Shown here in pieces: positions 20,108 to 30,408 of a stretch of 49,063 nucleotides of DNA. The stretch lies in contig JANBVK010000001.1 in assembly GCA_024239035.1 (NCBI GenBank), positions 572,202 to 621,264 on the forward strand, read 5' to 3'. Below the pieces are notes generated by a model, which ran no database searches, was not told the DNA's origin, and worked only from the letters and a program-made list of their open reading frames with translations. Made by a program: the position numbers and the translations under genes. Source of the stretch: Patescibacteria group bacterium (GTDB taxonomy: Bacteria; Patescibacteriota; Minisyncoccia; UBA6257; GWB1-50-10). Position 1 is the first letter of the stretch, and each line of letters opens with the position of its first letter.

Positions 20108-20497
20108 ATGGATATTTTATTTTTAATAGGTCGGATAATCTTTGGGGGATACTTCATAATGAGTGGGATTAACCACTTTACGAAGCATGAGATGATGGTT
20201 GGTTATTCGGAGTCGAAAGGGGTGAAAGGAGCGAGTTTTTGGGTATACGTGAGCGGGCTTGTAATTCTTCTGGGAGGGCTGGGAGTGCTTTTGGGTGTAT
20301 ATATTGGACTCTCGGTACTGCTTTTGGTGGTTTTTCTTCTGGTGACTTCTTTTAAGATGCATGCTTTCTGGACGGTGACCGACCCAATGATGAAGATGCC
20401 GGAGATGGTTAATTTTATGAAAAACATGGCGCTCGTTGGTGCAGCTCTCATGATCCTTGGAGTCCCCACTCCTTGGCCTTTCAGTTTATTTCTATAG
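20108..20497 (+). CDS. DoxX family membrane protein
   Basis: GRIIFGGYFI..HF, HAFW, FMKNMALVG. Confidence 0.9.
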   Translation: MDILFLIGRIIFGGYFIMSGINHFTKHEMMVGYSESKGVKGASFWVYVSGLVILLGGLGVLLGVYIGLSVLLLVVFLLVTSFKMHAFWTVTDPMMKMPEMVNFMKNMALVGAALMILGVPTPWPFSLFL

Positions 20498-20551
20498 ATT
20501 TGTAATTTAGATCAAAGCACCCCAATCTACGGGGTGTTTTGAATAAAATAG

Positions 20552-21550
20552 ATGGCCGTATTGTCCTACACTCTTATTATTTTTGCCGCGTTCGGCGGTT
20601 TTTTGCTCTCACTCTACATCCGCCACAAGAAGCAAAGAGGCGAGAAAATGATTTGTATTGTAGGTTCCGACTGTGACTCAGTTGTCCAGAGTGACTACTC
20701 GCTATTTTTGGGCATGCCAGTTGAATTACTTGGTCTTTTTTATTACGGCCTAATAGGGATAAGTTACGGAATTTTTCTTGCTGTCCCGCATTTTACCTCT
20801 CCTTTGTTAATTTTTAGCGTTCTGGTTTTCTCAACCGTTGCTCTTCTCTTTTCACTCTATCTAATTTTCATTCAAGCATTTGTGCTCCATAGATGGTGCA
20901 CTTGGTGTTTAATGTCGGCGGGGTTCTCTGCTGTTATTTTTATCTTTGCTCTTGTTGGTTCGGAGTTTGGTTTTATCACCCTTCTTAGTCAGCATCACGA
21001 ATTAATTGCGGTTCTTCATATAATTAGTGCAGCGGTGGGTTTGGGTAGCGCTACTGTTACCGACGTTCTTTTCTTTAAGTTTTTGAAAGATTTTAAAATT
21101 TCTGAGTGGGAAGCAGGGGTCTTGAGAGTATTATCGCAGATAATTTGGTTTGCTTTGGCGGTGGTTGTTATAAGCGGGGTTGGTCTTTATCTTCCGGAGA
21201 TGGCGGAACTCAACCAAACGCCGAAATTTCTGGTAAAGGTAATCGCGGTACTGGTGATAATTGTTAACGGAGCTTTCTTAAATCTTTTAGTAACCCCCCG
21301 GTTAGTAAAAATTTCGTTTGGGAAAAAGCATCATCATGAAATTGGCGAGCTTCATCACACCCGTAAAATTGCCTTTGCTCTCGGGGCAACTTCGATTATT
21401 TCCTGGTATTCGGCGTTTATTTTGGGGTCTCTGCGATCACTTGTTATTAACTTCGCGCCGCTTCTTTTGATTTACCTCTCGCTGCTCGCCCTCGGGATAG
21501 TAATTAGTCAATTATTTGAGCATTTATTTATTAAAAGATCGGGTGAGTAA
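20552..21550 (+). CDS. VKOR-family protein with extra C-terminal membrane domain
   Basis: C..C..V..SDYS loop and WCTWC active site; further ~5 TMs. Confidence 0.88.
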   Translation: MAVLSYTLIIFAAFGGFLLSLYIRHKKQRGEKMICIVGSDCDSVVQSDYSLFLGMPVELLGLFYYGLIGISYGIFLAVPHFTSPLLIFSVLVFSTVALLFSLYLIFIQAFVLHRWCTWCLMSAGFSAVIFIFALVGSEFGFITLLSQHHELIAVLHIISAAVGLGSATVTDVLFFKFLKDFKISEWEAGVLRVLSQIIWFALAVVVISGVGLYLPEMAELNQTPKFLVKVIAVLVIIVNGAFLNLLVTPRLVKISFGKKHHHEIGELHHTRKIAFALGATSIISWYSAFILGSLRSLVINFAPLLLIYLSLLALGIVISQLFEHLFIKRSGE

Positions 21551-21572
21551 ATACAAGAGGGAAGAACGAAAG

Positions 21573-21600
21573 AAAAACCCCGACCTAAGTCGGGGTTTTT
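21573..21600. terminator. bidirectional terminator
   Basis: AAAAACCCCGAC-CTAA-GTCGGGGTTTTT between convergent genes. Confidence 0.85.
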
Positions 21601-21605
21601 ATGAT

Positions 21606-21800
21606 TTAACGAAAGTCCCTTCGGAACGATCGGCTCTCACGGTGGCAGTCGTAACACTTTAGCTGGTCAAGTCGGTTTGGATCGGGATCAAAAGGAAGAC
21701 TAGTTATTTCTTTACTGCATTTTGAACACTTCCAGTTTCCTTGAAAACTTTTCTGCCCGAAACCACCGCCACCACCACCTTCGTCTTGCTGAAACGCCAT
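21606..21800 (-). CDS. CxxC-x17-CxxC-like zinc-ribbon protein
   Basis: GNWKCSKC..LPFDP..CYDCH. Confidence 0.85.
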   Translation of the reverse strand: MAFQQDEGGGGGGFGQKSFQGNWKCSKCSKEITSLPFDPDPNRLDQLKCYDCHRESRSFRRDFR

Positions 21801-21944
21801 TTTGCTTTTTTATTTTTTGCGACCTTTTCAGGATTCTAAGCAAAAAGGCATACCAGCCGATTTTAGCTCAAGTTAATCCTCTATAGTTAGTTATTGTAGG
21901 GGTGGTGTTCTAGTTCGTCAACCCATATGTTCTATAATTAATTA

Positions 21945-23087
21945 ATGAAATCTTTTCAGAGAGCGTGGGTTGTGGCGGCGGAGATGGGTTACGGGCACAT
22001 GCGGGCAGCAAGGCCCTTGCGGGGCATTGCTGAGGGCGGAGAGATAATCCCGGCCGACAATTATGAAAATATCCCCGGGCGCGATCGCCGGATTTGGGTA
22101 AATTCAAGGAAATTTTATAACTTTATCTCACTCCTTAGCGATAAAGGACCTCCCGGCCGACTAATTTTTAATATTTTTGATTATTTTCAGAAAATTGAGG
22201 CAGTGGAAAAGAAGCAAATAAAGCCGACTTTTCAGCTGAAGCAGGGTTATGCGCTAATCAAAGGCGGTTGGGGGAAAGACTTGGTTGAAAAATTAAATGA
22301 CAAAAGACTTCCTTTGATTACGACTTTTTTCACCATCGGCCAGATGGCCGAGGTTTGGGGTTATAAAGGTGAAATTTATGTTCTCACGACCGATTCTGAT
22401 ATCTCCCGGGTTTGGGCCCCTTTGAATCCAAAAAAGAGCCGGATAAATTATTTGGCCTCAACCCGGCGGGCGGCAGAACACTTAGAAAGTTACGGCGTAA
22501 ATACCCAAAAAATACATTTGACAGGCTTCCCCTTACCCCGGGAATTAGTGATTAAGTCGCCGCTTTTCAAATCCGAGAAACCTCTTACAATTACTTTTGC
22601 CGTGGGCGGGGCCGGCGTCCAGGCAAAAATCGGAAAAGAAATCATCAAGAGTCTTACACCTTTAATCAGGGAAAAGAAAATCATTCTTAACATAATTTTG
22701 GGTACTCATCGCAATCTTGTTTCCCAATTTAGAGAAAAACCGGGTGTTCATATTTTCTCCTGCGAGACGAAAGAAGAATACTTTAATTCTTTCAATAAAA
22801 TTATTTCCGAGACTGACGTTTTGTGGACTAAACCCTCAGAACTCTCGTTTTACGCCGGCTTGGGTTTGCCGGTCATCATCGCTCCGCCTCTGGGAGCGCA
22901 GGAGGAAAAAAATAGAGAATGGCTTTTAAAACTTGGAGCGGGAATTGACCAGAGCAATCCCGCTGAAGCTTATAAGTGGCTTCCTAAGCTTTTGAAATCC
23001 GGCCAGCTGGCTGAAGCGGCAAAAGCCGGCTTTGAAAAAATTGAAAAAAACGCCGTGGAGAATATTTCTAAAATTGTACTAGGATGA
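21945..23087 (+). CDS. GT-B glycosyltransferase-like protein (MGDG synthase/MurG-like)
   Basis: MGYGH, TGFPL, VGGAG, LWTKPSEL, GAQEEKN. Confidence 0.75.
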   Translation: MKSFQRAWVVAAEMGYGHMRAARPLRGIAEGGEIIPADNYENIPGRDRRIWVNSRKFYNFISLLSDKGPPGRLIFNIFDYFQKIEAVEKKQIKPTFQLKQGYALIKGGWGKDLVEKLNDKRLPLITTFFTIGQMAEVWGYKGEIYVLTTDSDISRVWAPLNPKKSRINYLASTRRAAEHLESYGVNTQKIHLTGFPLPRELVIKSPLFKSEKPLTITFAVGGAGVQAKIGKEIIKSLTPLIREKKIILNIILGTHRNLVSQFREKPGVHIFSCETKEEYFNSFNKIISETDVLWTKPSELSFYAGLGLPVIIAPPLGAQEEKNREWLLKLGAGIDQSNPAEAYKWLPKLLKSGQLAEAAKAGFEKIEKNAVENISKIVLG

Positions 23088-24007
23088 CTTGGCTTTGGGT
23101 AACAATTATTGCTTACGCTATTTTGGGATTTGTTTCGGTTGTTGACCGATATCTTTTATCCGGGCCCCTGCCCAGTCCCAAGGCCTACACTTTTTACGTG
23201 GGTTCCTTAGGAATGTTTGTTTTTCTCTTGACGCCCATTTTTGGGCTCACCGTTCTTCCGGGTTTGGAGATGGCAGTCGCGTTTCTTTCCGGATTTCTTT
23301 TTGTGGCCGCGCTCTTCTTTCTTTACTCCGGTCTCCACAAATTTGAGGCATCGCGGGTGGTGCCGGCAATGGGCGGGCTTATTCCCATTTTTACTTTAAT
23401 TTTCAGTTTTCTTGTTTTTCGGGAAGGGGTAATAAACGGTACTGACCTCGTTGCGTTTATCCTCCTTATTTTTGGGAGTATCACCATAACGATTAAGAGA
23501 GAAAAGAAGATAACACTGCCGAGTTTGAAATTTGCCGGTGGCGCGGCACTGCTTTTCGCTCTTTCTTTTGTCCTTGCTAAATATGTTTATCTTACGGCGT
23601 CATTCTGGTCGCCTTTTGTCTGGATGCGTGTCGGTGGCTTCATTTTTGCGGCAGGTATTTTTGCTTTTTCGCACGATTTGCGCCGGACACTTTTCACTAA
23701 AAAAACTAAGGAACCCAAACGAACAAGGAAAACAGCAGTCATATTTCTAGGTAATCAGGTATTGGGCGCTGGCGGGAGCGTCTTGCAAAACGTTGCCATT
23801 TTTCTTGTGCCGGCACTCCATATCGCTTTTGTAAGCGCCCTTGAGGGAATTATTTACGTCTTCGTTCTGATCTACACCGCCCTCGCTTCAATCTTTTTAC
23901 CGCATTTGATTAATGAAGTTTTCACCAAGAAAACGGCGCTCCAGAAAGCAGTCGCTACGGTTTTGATTGTCGCGGGAATACTGATTCTATCCTTAAGCGG
24001 CCAATGA
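23084..24007 (+). CDS. EamA/DMT family transporter
   Basis: ~10 TM in two repeats, EASRVVP. Confidence 0.8.
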   Translation: MTWLWVTIIAYAILGFVSVVDRYLLSGPLPSPKAYTFYVGSLGMFVFLLTPIFGLTVLPGLEMAVAFLSGFLFVAALFFLYSGLHKFEASRVVPAMGGLIPIFTLIFSFLVFREGVINGTDLVAFILLIFGSITITIKREKKITLPSLKFAGGAALLFALSFVLAKYVYLTASFWSPFVWMRVGGFIFAAGIFAFSHDLRRTLFTKKTKEPKRTRKTAVIFLGNQVLGAGGSVLQNVAIFLVPALHIAFVSALEGIIYVFVLIYTALASIFLPHLINEVFTKKTALQKAVATVLIVAGILILSLSGQ

Positions 24008-24047
24008 CAGCAATTAAACTGCTATGATGCATCACAGAGGCAATACA

Positions 24048-25034
24048 ATGAAAAAAATTATTAAATATATTGCCGTAATCTTATTAATAGTTGTTGTTGC
24101 TGCCTTCTCGTTTTTCTTCGTTGGCAGTAATGAACCGAGAGAGGACATCCGTTGGGGAGCGAATTTCTCCTATAAGCATGCTGAAAATCTGGGATTGGAT
24201 TGGCGGGAAACTTATATCGCGCTCCTTGATGATTTGAAAGTAAGGCGTATCAAACTTATTACCCAATGGAATCTTTTGGAGCCCAATGACGGTCAGTTTG
24301 ATTTTAGTGATATTGATTGGCAGATTAATGAGGCTGAGCAGCGCGGGGTAAAAGTACTTTTAGTTGCCGGCATGAAGACGCCGCGGTATCCGGAATGCCA
24401 TATTCCTGACTGGGCAGCAGGTCTTAATAAAGAATCCCGAGAGAATCGGGTGTTAGGGCTTCTAGAGACGGTAGTTCTTCGATATAAGGCATCATCTGCC
24501 ATCTGGGCATGGCAGGTTGAGAATGAACCGTTATTTCCTTTCGGGAAATGCCCCCCCAAAGACAAAAACTTCTTAAAGGAAGAAGTTAATTTAGTAAAAA
24601 AACTTGATCCGACCCGGCCCGTTGTTATCACCGACAGCGGCGAGTGGTCTCTGTGGTTTGATGTGGCAAAGATAGGGGACGTGGTAGGCACGACGCTCTA
24701 TCGGAAAGTTTGGTTTGATTCCTTAAACATCTACACGCCTTATCCTCTGCCGTCCGTGTTTTACGGCAGAAAAGCTATCCTTATAAAGAAACTTTTCAAT
24801 AAAGAAGTGATTAACGTTGAACTTCAAGCTGAACCATGGGGACCGATGCTTCTCTATGATTTACCATTAGAAGAACAGGAAAAAACAATGAACCCTGAAA
24901 GGTTCAGGAATGTTATAGAGTTTGCTAAGAAAACCGGTCTTCGTGAATTCTATTTTTGGGGAGTAGAATGGTGGTATTGGTCGAAACTGCAGGGTAACGA
25001 TGTAATTTGGGAAGAGGCGAGGAGTTTGTTTTAG
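24048..25034 (+). CDS. clan GH-A glycoside hydrolase, membrane-anchored
   Basis: W..LEP..G.FDF, WQVENEP acid/base, ELQAEPW; start 24048 has GAGG upstream. Confidence 0.8.
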   Translation: MKKIIKYIAVILLIVVVAAFSFFFVGSNEPREDIRWGANFSYKHAENLGLDWRETYIALLDDLKVRRIKLITQWNLLEPNDGQFDFSDIDWQINEAEQRGVKVLLVAGMKTPRYPECHIPDWAAGLNKESRENRVLGLLETVVLRYKASSAIWAWQVENEPLFPFGKCPPKDKNFLKEEVNLVKKLDPTRPVVITDSGEWSLWFDVAKIGDVVGTTLYRKVWFDSLNIYTPYPLPSVFYGRKAILIKKLFNKEVINVELQAEPWGPMLLYDLPLEEQEKTMNPERFRNVIEFAKKTGLREFYFWGVEWWYWSKLQGNDVIWEEARSLF

Positions 25035-25045
25035 TGTAAATATTT

Positions 25046-27136
25046 ATGTCAGAACAGAGTAATATCTATACCTGTCCGATGCATCCGGACATCCAAAAAG
25101 AAAATCCCGGTCTCTGCCCCGAATGCGGAATGAATCTTATTGAGAGTAAATCAAAAAGAAAGAAAAAGGGTACCAAGCATGTTCCTAATGTTTTCGTTCT
25201 AAAGTTTTGGGTGAGTTTTATTTTATCCATTCCGGTAGTGTTATATTCCGACATTGTGCAGACGCTTTTTAGTTGGCAGCCGCCGGCTTTCCCTGGATCA
25301 AGGTATATACCTTTTTTCCTCGGCTCAATTATATTTTTCTACGGCGGCTGGATTTTTATCGCTAGCGCTTGGAGAGAGCTAAGAGCAAAGCTGCCGGGCA
25401 TGATGACGCTCATCACTCTTGCGATACTAACCGCCTACATATATAGCGTTTACGTCACTATCGTGGGGAGGGGAAATACGCTCTTTTGGGAGCTTGCGAC
25501 CTTAATTACTGTGATGCTTTTGGGTCATTGGATTGAGATGAGAGCGGTTCAGGGAGCTCAAGGCGCTTTAAGGGAGCTCTCTAAGCTTCTGCCGGATACA
25601 GCCGAGGTTGTACGCGGCGGAAAAACGGCAATTATCCCTTTAAATAAGCTAAAGGTCAGCGATGTTGTCTTTGTAAGACCCGGCGCCAAGATTCCCACTG
25701 ACGGAATTATAGTGGAAGGGAAATCTGAAGTGGATGAATCAATGGTGACCGGTGAATCAGCGCCGGTTATGAAAAATATCGGCAACGAAACGATCGCCGG
25801 CACCTTAAACGGTGACGGGTCTTTAAAGATTAAGGTTACAAAAATTGGCGAACACACATTTTTGGCCGGGGTGGTGCGATTAGTCGCTGAAGCTCAAGCG
25901 TCAAAGTCTCGTCTTCAAGTTTTATCTGATCGGGCGGCATTTTATTTAACAATTATTGCAATTGTCTCCGGTGTTGCTGCTTTTGGTTCTTGGATTTTTT
26001 TTAGCGAACGAGATTTTGCTTTTGCTATTGAAAGATTAGTGGCAGTTCTTGTAATTGCTTGTCCTCACGCATTAGGTTTGGCAATCCCATTAGTCTCGTC
26101 AATCTCTACAACACTTGCTGCTAAGAATGGATTTTTAATACGACAACGGTTATCACTTGAGGCGGCTCGGAATATTGATGTTGTACTCTTTGATAAAACC
26201 GGCACTTTAACTAAAGGAGAATATGGCGTGGAAAAAATAATCGCTAATGGCTCAGAAACCAATGATAAACTTTTACAACTTGCCGCATCGGTGGATAGTC
26301 ATTCAGAACATTTTATTTCAAAAGCAATAGTGAAGGCAGCAGAAGATAAAGGATTGACTATTTTGGAAGTGAAAAATTTTCAAAGAGTACCGGGGAAAGG
26401 TGTGAACGGTGATGTTCAAGGAAACAGCGTGCTTGTAGGAGGTGAGGCAATTTTGGGTGAAGCAAAGATAAAAGTTCCCGGCGAGATAAAATTAAAAATA
26501 AAAAAACTTACTAAGCAAAGAGAAACGATTGTTTACGTTATCTCTAATAAAAAGTTAATGGGGATAATTTCTTTAAGCGATATAATTCGTGACGAGTCAC
26601 GCGAAGCTATTTCAGAATTGAAAGCACTCGGAATAAAAACAGCGATGGTTACCGGTGATTCTTATGATGTGGCAGAACGGATTGCTTCGGAGCTGGGAAT
26701 TGATGAGTATTTTGCAAAAGTTTTACCGGGCGAAAAAGCCGAAAAAGTGAGAATTCTTCAATCAAAAGGATTGAAGGTAGCAATGGTAGGTGATGGGATT
26801 AACGACGCTCCTGCTCTCACCCAGGCTGATCTTGGAATCGCGATTGGCGCTGGAACAAACGTGGCGATTGAGTCAGCGGGGATTATTCTCGTCCGCAACG
26901 ATCCCCGAGATATTACCACTATTATTAGGCTTTCTCGAGCTACTTACTCAAAAATGGTGCAAAACCTGTTTTGGGCAACCGGATATAATGTCATTGCCCT
27001 GCCGCTTGCGGCCGGAGTATTTGTATCACAAGGGATTATCCTTCAACCGGCACTTGCCGCACTTCTTATGTCTCTTAGTACGGTGATTGTAGCTGTGAAC
27101 GCTATGCTTTTGAGGTGGCGAGGATTGAAACGATAG
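25046..27136 (+). CDS. copper-translocating P1B-type ATPase (CPH, CopB-like)
   Basis: YTCPMHP domain, TGES, CPHALG, DKTGTLT, SEH, GDGIND. Confidence 0.93.
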   Translation: MSEQSNIYTCPMHPDIQKENPGLCPECGMNLIESKSKRKKKGTKHVPNVFVLKFWVSFILSIPVVLYSDIVQTLFSWQPPAFPGSRYIPFFLGSIIFFYGGWIFIASAWRELRAKLPGMMTLITLAILTAYIYSVYVTIVGRGNTLFWELATLITVMLLGHWIEMRAVQGAQGALRELSKLLPDTAEVVRGGKTAIIPLNKLKVSDVVFVRPGAKIPTDGIIVEGKSEVDESMVTGESAPVMKNIGNETIAGTLNGDGSLKIKVTKIGEHTFLAGVVRLVAEAQASKSRLQVLSDRAAFYLTIIAIVSGVAAFGSWIFFSERDFAFAIERLVAVLVIACPHALGLAIPLVSSISTTLAAKNGFLIRQRLSLEAARNIDVVLFDKTGTLTKGEYGVEKIIANGSETNDKLLQLAASVDSHSEHFISKAIVKAAEDKGLTILEVKNFQRVPGKGVNGDVQGNSVLVGGEAILGEAKIKVPGEIKLKIKKLTKQRETIVYVISNKKLMGIISLSDIIRDESREAISELKALGIKTAMVTGDSYDVAERIASELGIDEYFAKVLPGEKAEKVRILQSKGLKVAMVGDGINDAPALTQADLGIAIGAGTNVAIESAGIILVRNDPRDITTIIRLSRATYSKMVQNLFWATGYNVIALPLAAGVFVSQGIILQPALAALLMSLSTVIVAVNAMLLRWRGLKR

Positions 27137-27204
27137 TTGAAAAACTTCGCTAGCAACCTATAATTAGTTTTAAAAATTAAAAGGATATCATTTGTTAAAA
27201 AAAT

Positions 27205-27291
27205 ATGATTGGAAGAATTGAGTTTTGGTTGTTTATAATTATTGCTTTTGTTCTGGTCTCTTGGATTTACCGTCTTAATTTAATTTCCTAA
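27205..27291 (+). CDS. putative 28-aa membrane peptide
   Basis: MIGRIEFWLFIIIAFVLVSWIYRLNLIS fills an intergenic gap. Confidence 0.35.
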   Translation: MIGRIEFWLFIIIAFVLVSWIYRLNLIS

Positions 27292-27337
27292 AAAGAGTTG
27301 GTTGAGAAGCTTACTCCCTTAAGATATACTGGGTGTA

Positions 27338-28096
27338 ATGGAAGCAGTACCCGGATACATCCGCGTTACGGGGCGGAGAACAAGAAATATTTTCAATCCT
27401 GCCTCAGAAGAGCCGTTTAAACTCAGTCGTTCAAAGATCGAGTTATTTACCGAATGCCCGCGCTGTTTTTATTTAGACCGCCGTTTGGGCGTTGGCCGGC
27501 CGCCTGGCTTTCCTTTTACTCTTAATTCTGCAGTTGATACACTCTTAAAAAAAGAATTTGATATTCATCGAACTCGCGGTTCCCGCCACCCCTTGATGGA
27601 GGCGTATGAGGTTGATGCAGTACCTTTCATCCATGAGAAGATGAACGAATGGCGGGATAATTTTAAGGGAGTTCAACATTATCACCGACCGACAAATCTG
27701 GTTATAACTGGTGCGCTGGATGACATTTGGATTAATAAGGAAGGGGAACTAATGGTAGTAGATTATAAAGCAACAAGCACCAAGAACGAGGTTACCTTAA
27801 ACGCGAGACACCACGAAGCGTTCAAACGACAGTTGGAAATTTACCAATGGCTCCTGCGTCAGAACGATTTTAAGGTTTCTGATATGGGTTATTTTGTTTA
27901 TGCAAATGGCGATAAAGATAAGGAGGCTTTTGATGGAAAGTTAGAGTTTAACGTTAAAATCATCCCTTATAAAGGCAGTGATTCTTGGGTAGAAGGAAAA
28001 GTTATTGAGGCGCACAAATGTATGATGGGGGAGATACCTGCAAGTTCTCCAACCTGCCCGTATTGTCTCTATCGCGAAGCCGCAGGAGAATATTAG
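27338..28096 (+). CDS. PD-(D/E)xK nuclease, RecB/AddB-like, with 4 Cys
   Basis: LSRSKI..CPRC, GALDD, VVDYK, QLEIY, CPYC. Confidence 0.88.
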   Translation: MEAVPGYIRVTGRRTRNIFNPASEEPFKLSRSKIELFTECPRCFYLDRRLGVGRPPGFPFTLNSAVDTLLKKEFDIHRTRGSRHPLMEAYEVDAVPFIHEKMNEWRDNFKGVQHYHRPTNLVITGALDDIWINKEGELMVVDYKATSTKNEVTLNARHHEAFKRQLEIYQWLLRQNDFKVSDMGYFVYANGDKDKEAFDGKLEFNVKIIPYKGSDSWVEGKVIEAHKCMMGEIPASSPTCPYCLYREAAGEY

Positions 28097-28108
28097 GGTT
28101 GGATGGGG

Positions 28109-28151
28109 TTGACAATTTTTTTTCCGCTGTTATCCTTAAGTAGTTGCTTAA
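28109..28151 (+). promoter_or_regulatory. promoter with putative ArsR operator
   Basis: TTGACA-16nt-TATCCT followed by TTAAG-N6-CTTAA inverted repeat (28136-28151). Confidence 0.6.
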
Positions 28152-28165
28152 ACGTTTAAACTTTT

Positions 28166-28486
28166 ATGGTTATAGGAGGATACAAAATTCAATATCGTCA
28201 GGCGGTAACTGAAAACGATCGGAGACTCTCATCCATGTTTAATGCCTTGAGCGATCTTAATCGTTTTCGAGTTTTTAAGCTGCTTGCCCGCCGTCAGAAT
28301 CTCTGCGTGAGTGACCTCGCCCGCGTTTTAGACGTGAGCGTGCCGGCTGTCTCTCAGCAGCTTAGGATTCTTGAGATGAACGGTCTTGTGAAGAGAGAAC
28401 GGCGGGGACAGATGATCTGCTATAAAGTTAAAAAGGATGACCCCGTGGTCAAATTCGTTATTAAGATAACAGGTTCAATAAAATAA
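28166..28486 (+). CDS. ArsR/SmtB family regulator
   Basis: FNALSD..R, LCVSDLA, SVPAVSQQLRIL..GLV..R.G. Confidence 0.92.
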   Translation: MVIGGYKIQYRQAVTENDRRLSSMFNALSDLNRFRVFKLLARRQNLCVSDLARVLDVSVPAVSQQLRILEMNGLVKRERRGQMICYKVKKDDPVVKFVIKITGSIK

Positions 28487-28516
28487 AAAGGTCGGTCTTG
28501 GAAGTTAAACCATTTT

Positions 28517-28753
28517 ATGTCTATAACAGTTTATACAACCCCAACTTGCGTTTATTGCAAGATGATAAAATCTTTCTTAAAAGATCAGAATATTGATTAC
28601 AGCGAAAAAGACGTTGCCAGTGATGATAAAGCACGAGAAGAGATGATTCAAAAATCAGGTCAACTCGGCGTGCCCGTTGTTGATGTTGACGGTAAAATTA
28701 TTGTCGGCTTTGACAAGAAAAAATTGTCAGAGTTGTTAGATTTGAAGGAATGA
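28517..28753 (+). CDS. glutaredoxin-like protein (NrdH/YruB type)
   Basis: YTTPTCVYC, SGQLGVPV, IVGFD. Confidence 0.93.
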   Translation: MSITVYTTPTCVYCKMIKSFLKDQNIDYSEKDVASDDKAREEMIQKSGQLGVPVVDVDGKIIVGFDKKKLSELLDLKE

Positions 28754-29847
28754 ACAAAATTCTTATGGGAGTCGCCGTTTTGGTTATTCTTGTTGGTGCC
28801 GGTTTTATAGTGCAGCGGAGTTTTTTTCGCGGCGGATTTGATTTACCGGAAGGCGGCGAAACAGTAAAAGAAACTATTGTTATTAGGGACGGCGAGGTTA
28901 TTGGAATTGAAGATGGTGTTCAAACGGAAAATATTGATCAGATGAAAAAAGACGGTCAGTTTTTTGAAACTAAAGAAATTATGATTACCGACGGGGTTAA
29001 ACACAGCATCCCCTTAGAAGAGCTTTTGGGGGGTGGTCCGCCTAAAGATGGAATCCCGTCTATTGATAACCCAAAATTTATCACGACCGGCGAAGCCGAT
29101 AAGTGGTTGAGCGACGACGAGCCGGGTATTGCTTTTTCATTAGGTAACACTAACCGTTTTTATCCGTATCAAATTATGGTCTGGCACGAGATTGTAAATG
29201 ATACTGTGGAGGGGAGGCGGGTTCTTATAACTTATTGCCCTCTGTGTCTTACCGGGTTTGTTTTCGATCCGGTAGTTAAAGGAGAGCGGGTGGAGTTTGG
29301 AACATCGGGTAAGCTTTGGAAATCGAATCTCGTGATGTATGACCGAAAAACCGACAGTCTTTGGCCGCAAGTGCTGGGGGAGGCAGTGGTTGGGGAGATG
29401 ACCGGCACTAAACTAAAAACGCTGTCATCCGATCAGGTTCTTTACAGTAATTGGAAAAAACTTTTCCCCAACGGAGAGGTGTTGTCACGCGAGACAGGCG
29501 CTAACCGGTTTTACGGATCAAGTCCTTATGGAGATTATTTTTCCGTTACTAACCTTTCTCTCTCGTTAGTGAATCCGACTGACACAAGACTTCCTAATGA
29601 CGCTTTTGTTTTTGGTATAGTAATAAAAGGAAAAGCGAAGGCTTATAGTACTGAAGCGGTGAAGGCAAAAGGTGAAGTGAAGGATAGCTTCCAAGACACT
29701 TCTATTGTTTTAAGATACGATAAAGAACTCGACGTTGTGAGAATGTTTAAGGTTTCTCCAGACGGCAGTGAGGAGCGTATTAATCCTTTCTCGTCTTTCT
29801 GGTTCAGTTGGGCCGCTGCCCACCCCGATACGGAATTATATAAATAA
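28750..29847 (+). CDS. DUF3179-domain protein
   Basis: GGPPKDGIPSID, WHEIVND, TYCPLC, FGTSGKL..SNLVMYDRKTDSLW. Confidence 0.9.
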   Translation: MNKILMGVAVLVILVGAGFIVQRSFFRGGFDLPEGGETVKETIVIRDGEVIGIEDGVQTENIDQMKKDGQFFETKEIMITDGVKHSIPLEELLGGGPPKDGIPSIDNPKFITTGEADKWLSDDEPGIAFSLGNTNRFYPYQIMVWHEIVNDTVEGRRVLITYCPLCLTGFVFDPVVKGERVEFGTSGKLWKSNLVMYDRKTDSLWPQVLGEAVVGEMTGTKLKTLSSDQVLYSNWKKLFPNGEVLSRETGANRFYGSSPYGDYFSVTNLSLSLVNPTDTRLPNDAFVFGIVIKGKAKAYSTEAVKAKGEVKDSFQDTSIVLRYDKELDVVRMFKVSPDGSEERINPFSSFWFSWAAAHPDTELYK

Positions 29848-29849
29848 CT

Positions 29850-30389
29850 ATGAATAAACTAATTTTAGCCGTTGCTGGTATTGTAGTTGTTATCATCATT
29901 GGTTTGATAGTAGTTTCCAATACTAGCGAACAGCAGGGTCTACAACCTGGAAGTAGTATAATCTCAGGGCCGCAGGAGCTTGGTAGAGTACCCGATTTTA
30001 GTTTGCAAGATTATAACGGTCAAACAGTGAGTCTTGCGGATTTCTCCGGTAAGACCCTTGTTGTGAATTCTTGGGCAGCGTGGTGTCCGTTTTGTAGGAA
30101 AGAATTGGTTGATTTTGTGACTGTGCAGAAAGAATTTGGTGATCAAGTGGTATTTATTTCCATTGACCGAGCTGAGTCTCTGAAAGTTGCCAAAAAATAT
30201 ACTGATGAGCTTGGCGTGACTGATGAGTTGGTGTTCTTGCTCGATCCGTCAGATTCGTTTTATAGGTCAATAAATGGTTTTTCGATGCCGGAGACGATCT
30301 TTGTTGATCGCGATGGCATAATTCGTATTCACAAGCGAGGTCCGATGGATGTTTCGGAGATTAGGGAAAAGGTTCAATCTATTCTATAA
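29850..30389 (+). CDS. TlpA/ResA-type thiol-disulfide oxidoreductase
   Basis: N-terminal TM, WAAWCPFC, MPETIFVD. Confidence 0.92.
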   Translation: MNKLILAVAGIVVVIIIGLIVVSNTSEQQGLQPGSSIISGPQELGRVPDFSLQDYNGQTVSLADFSGKTLVVNSWAAWCPFCRKELVDFVTVQKEFGDQVVFISIDRAESLKVAKKYTDELGVTDELVFLLDPSDSFYRSINGFSMPETIFVDRDGIIRIHKRGPMDVSEIREKVQSIL

Positions 30390-30408
30390 AACACGAGGAA
30401 TAACTAGA

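Noticed and set aside
27338..28096. Cas4 / CRISPR locus
   Set aside because: The Cys arrangement is 2+2 rather than the Cas4 1+3 pattern, and there are no cas genes or repeat-spacer array in the window
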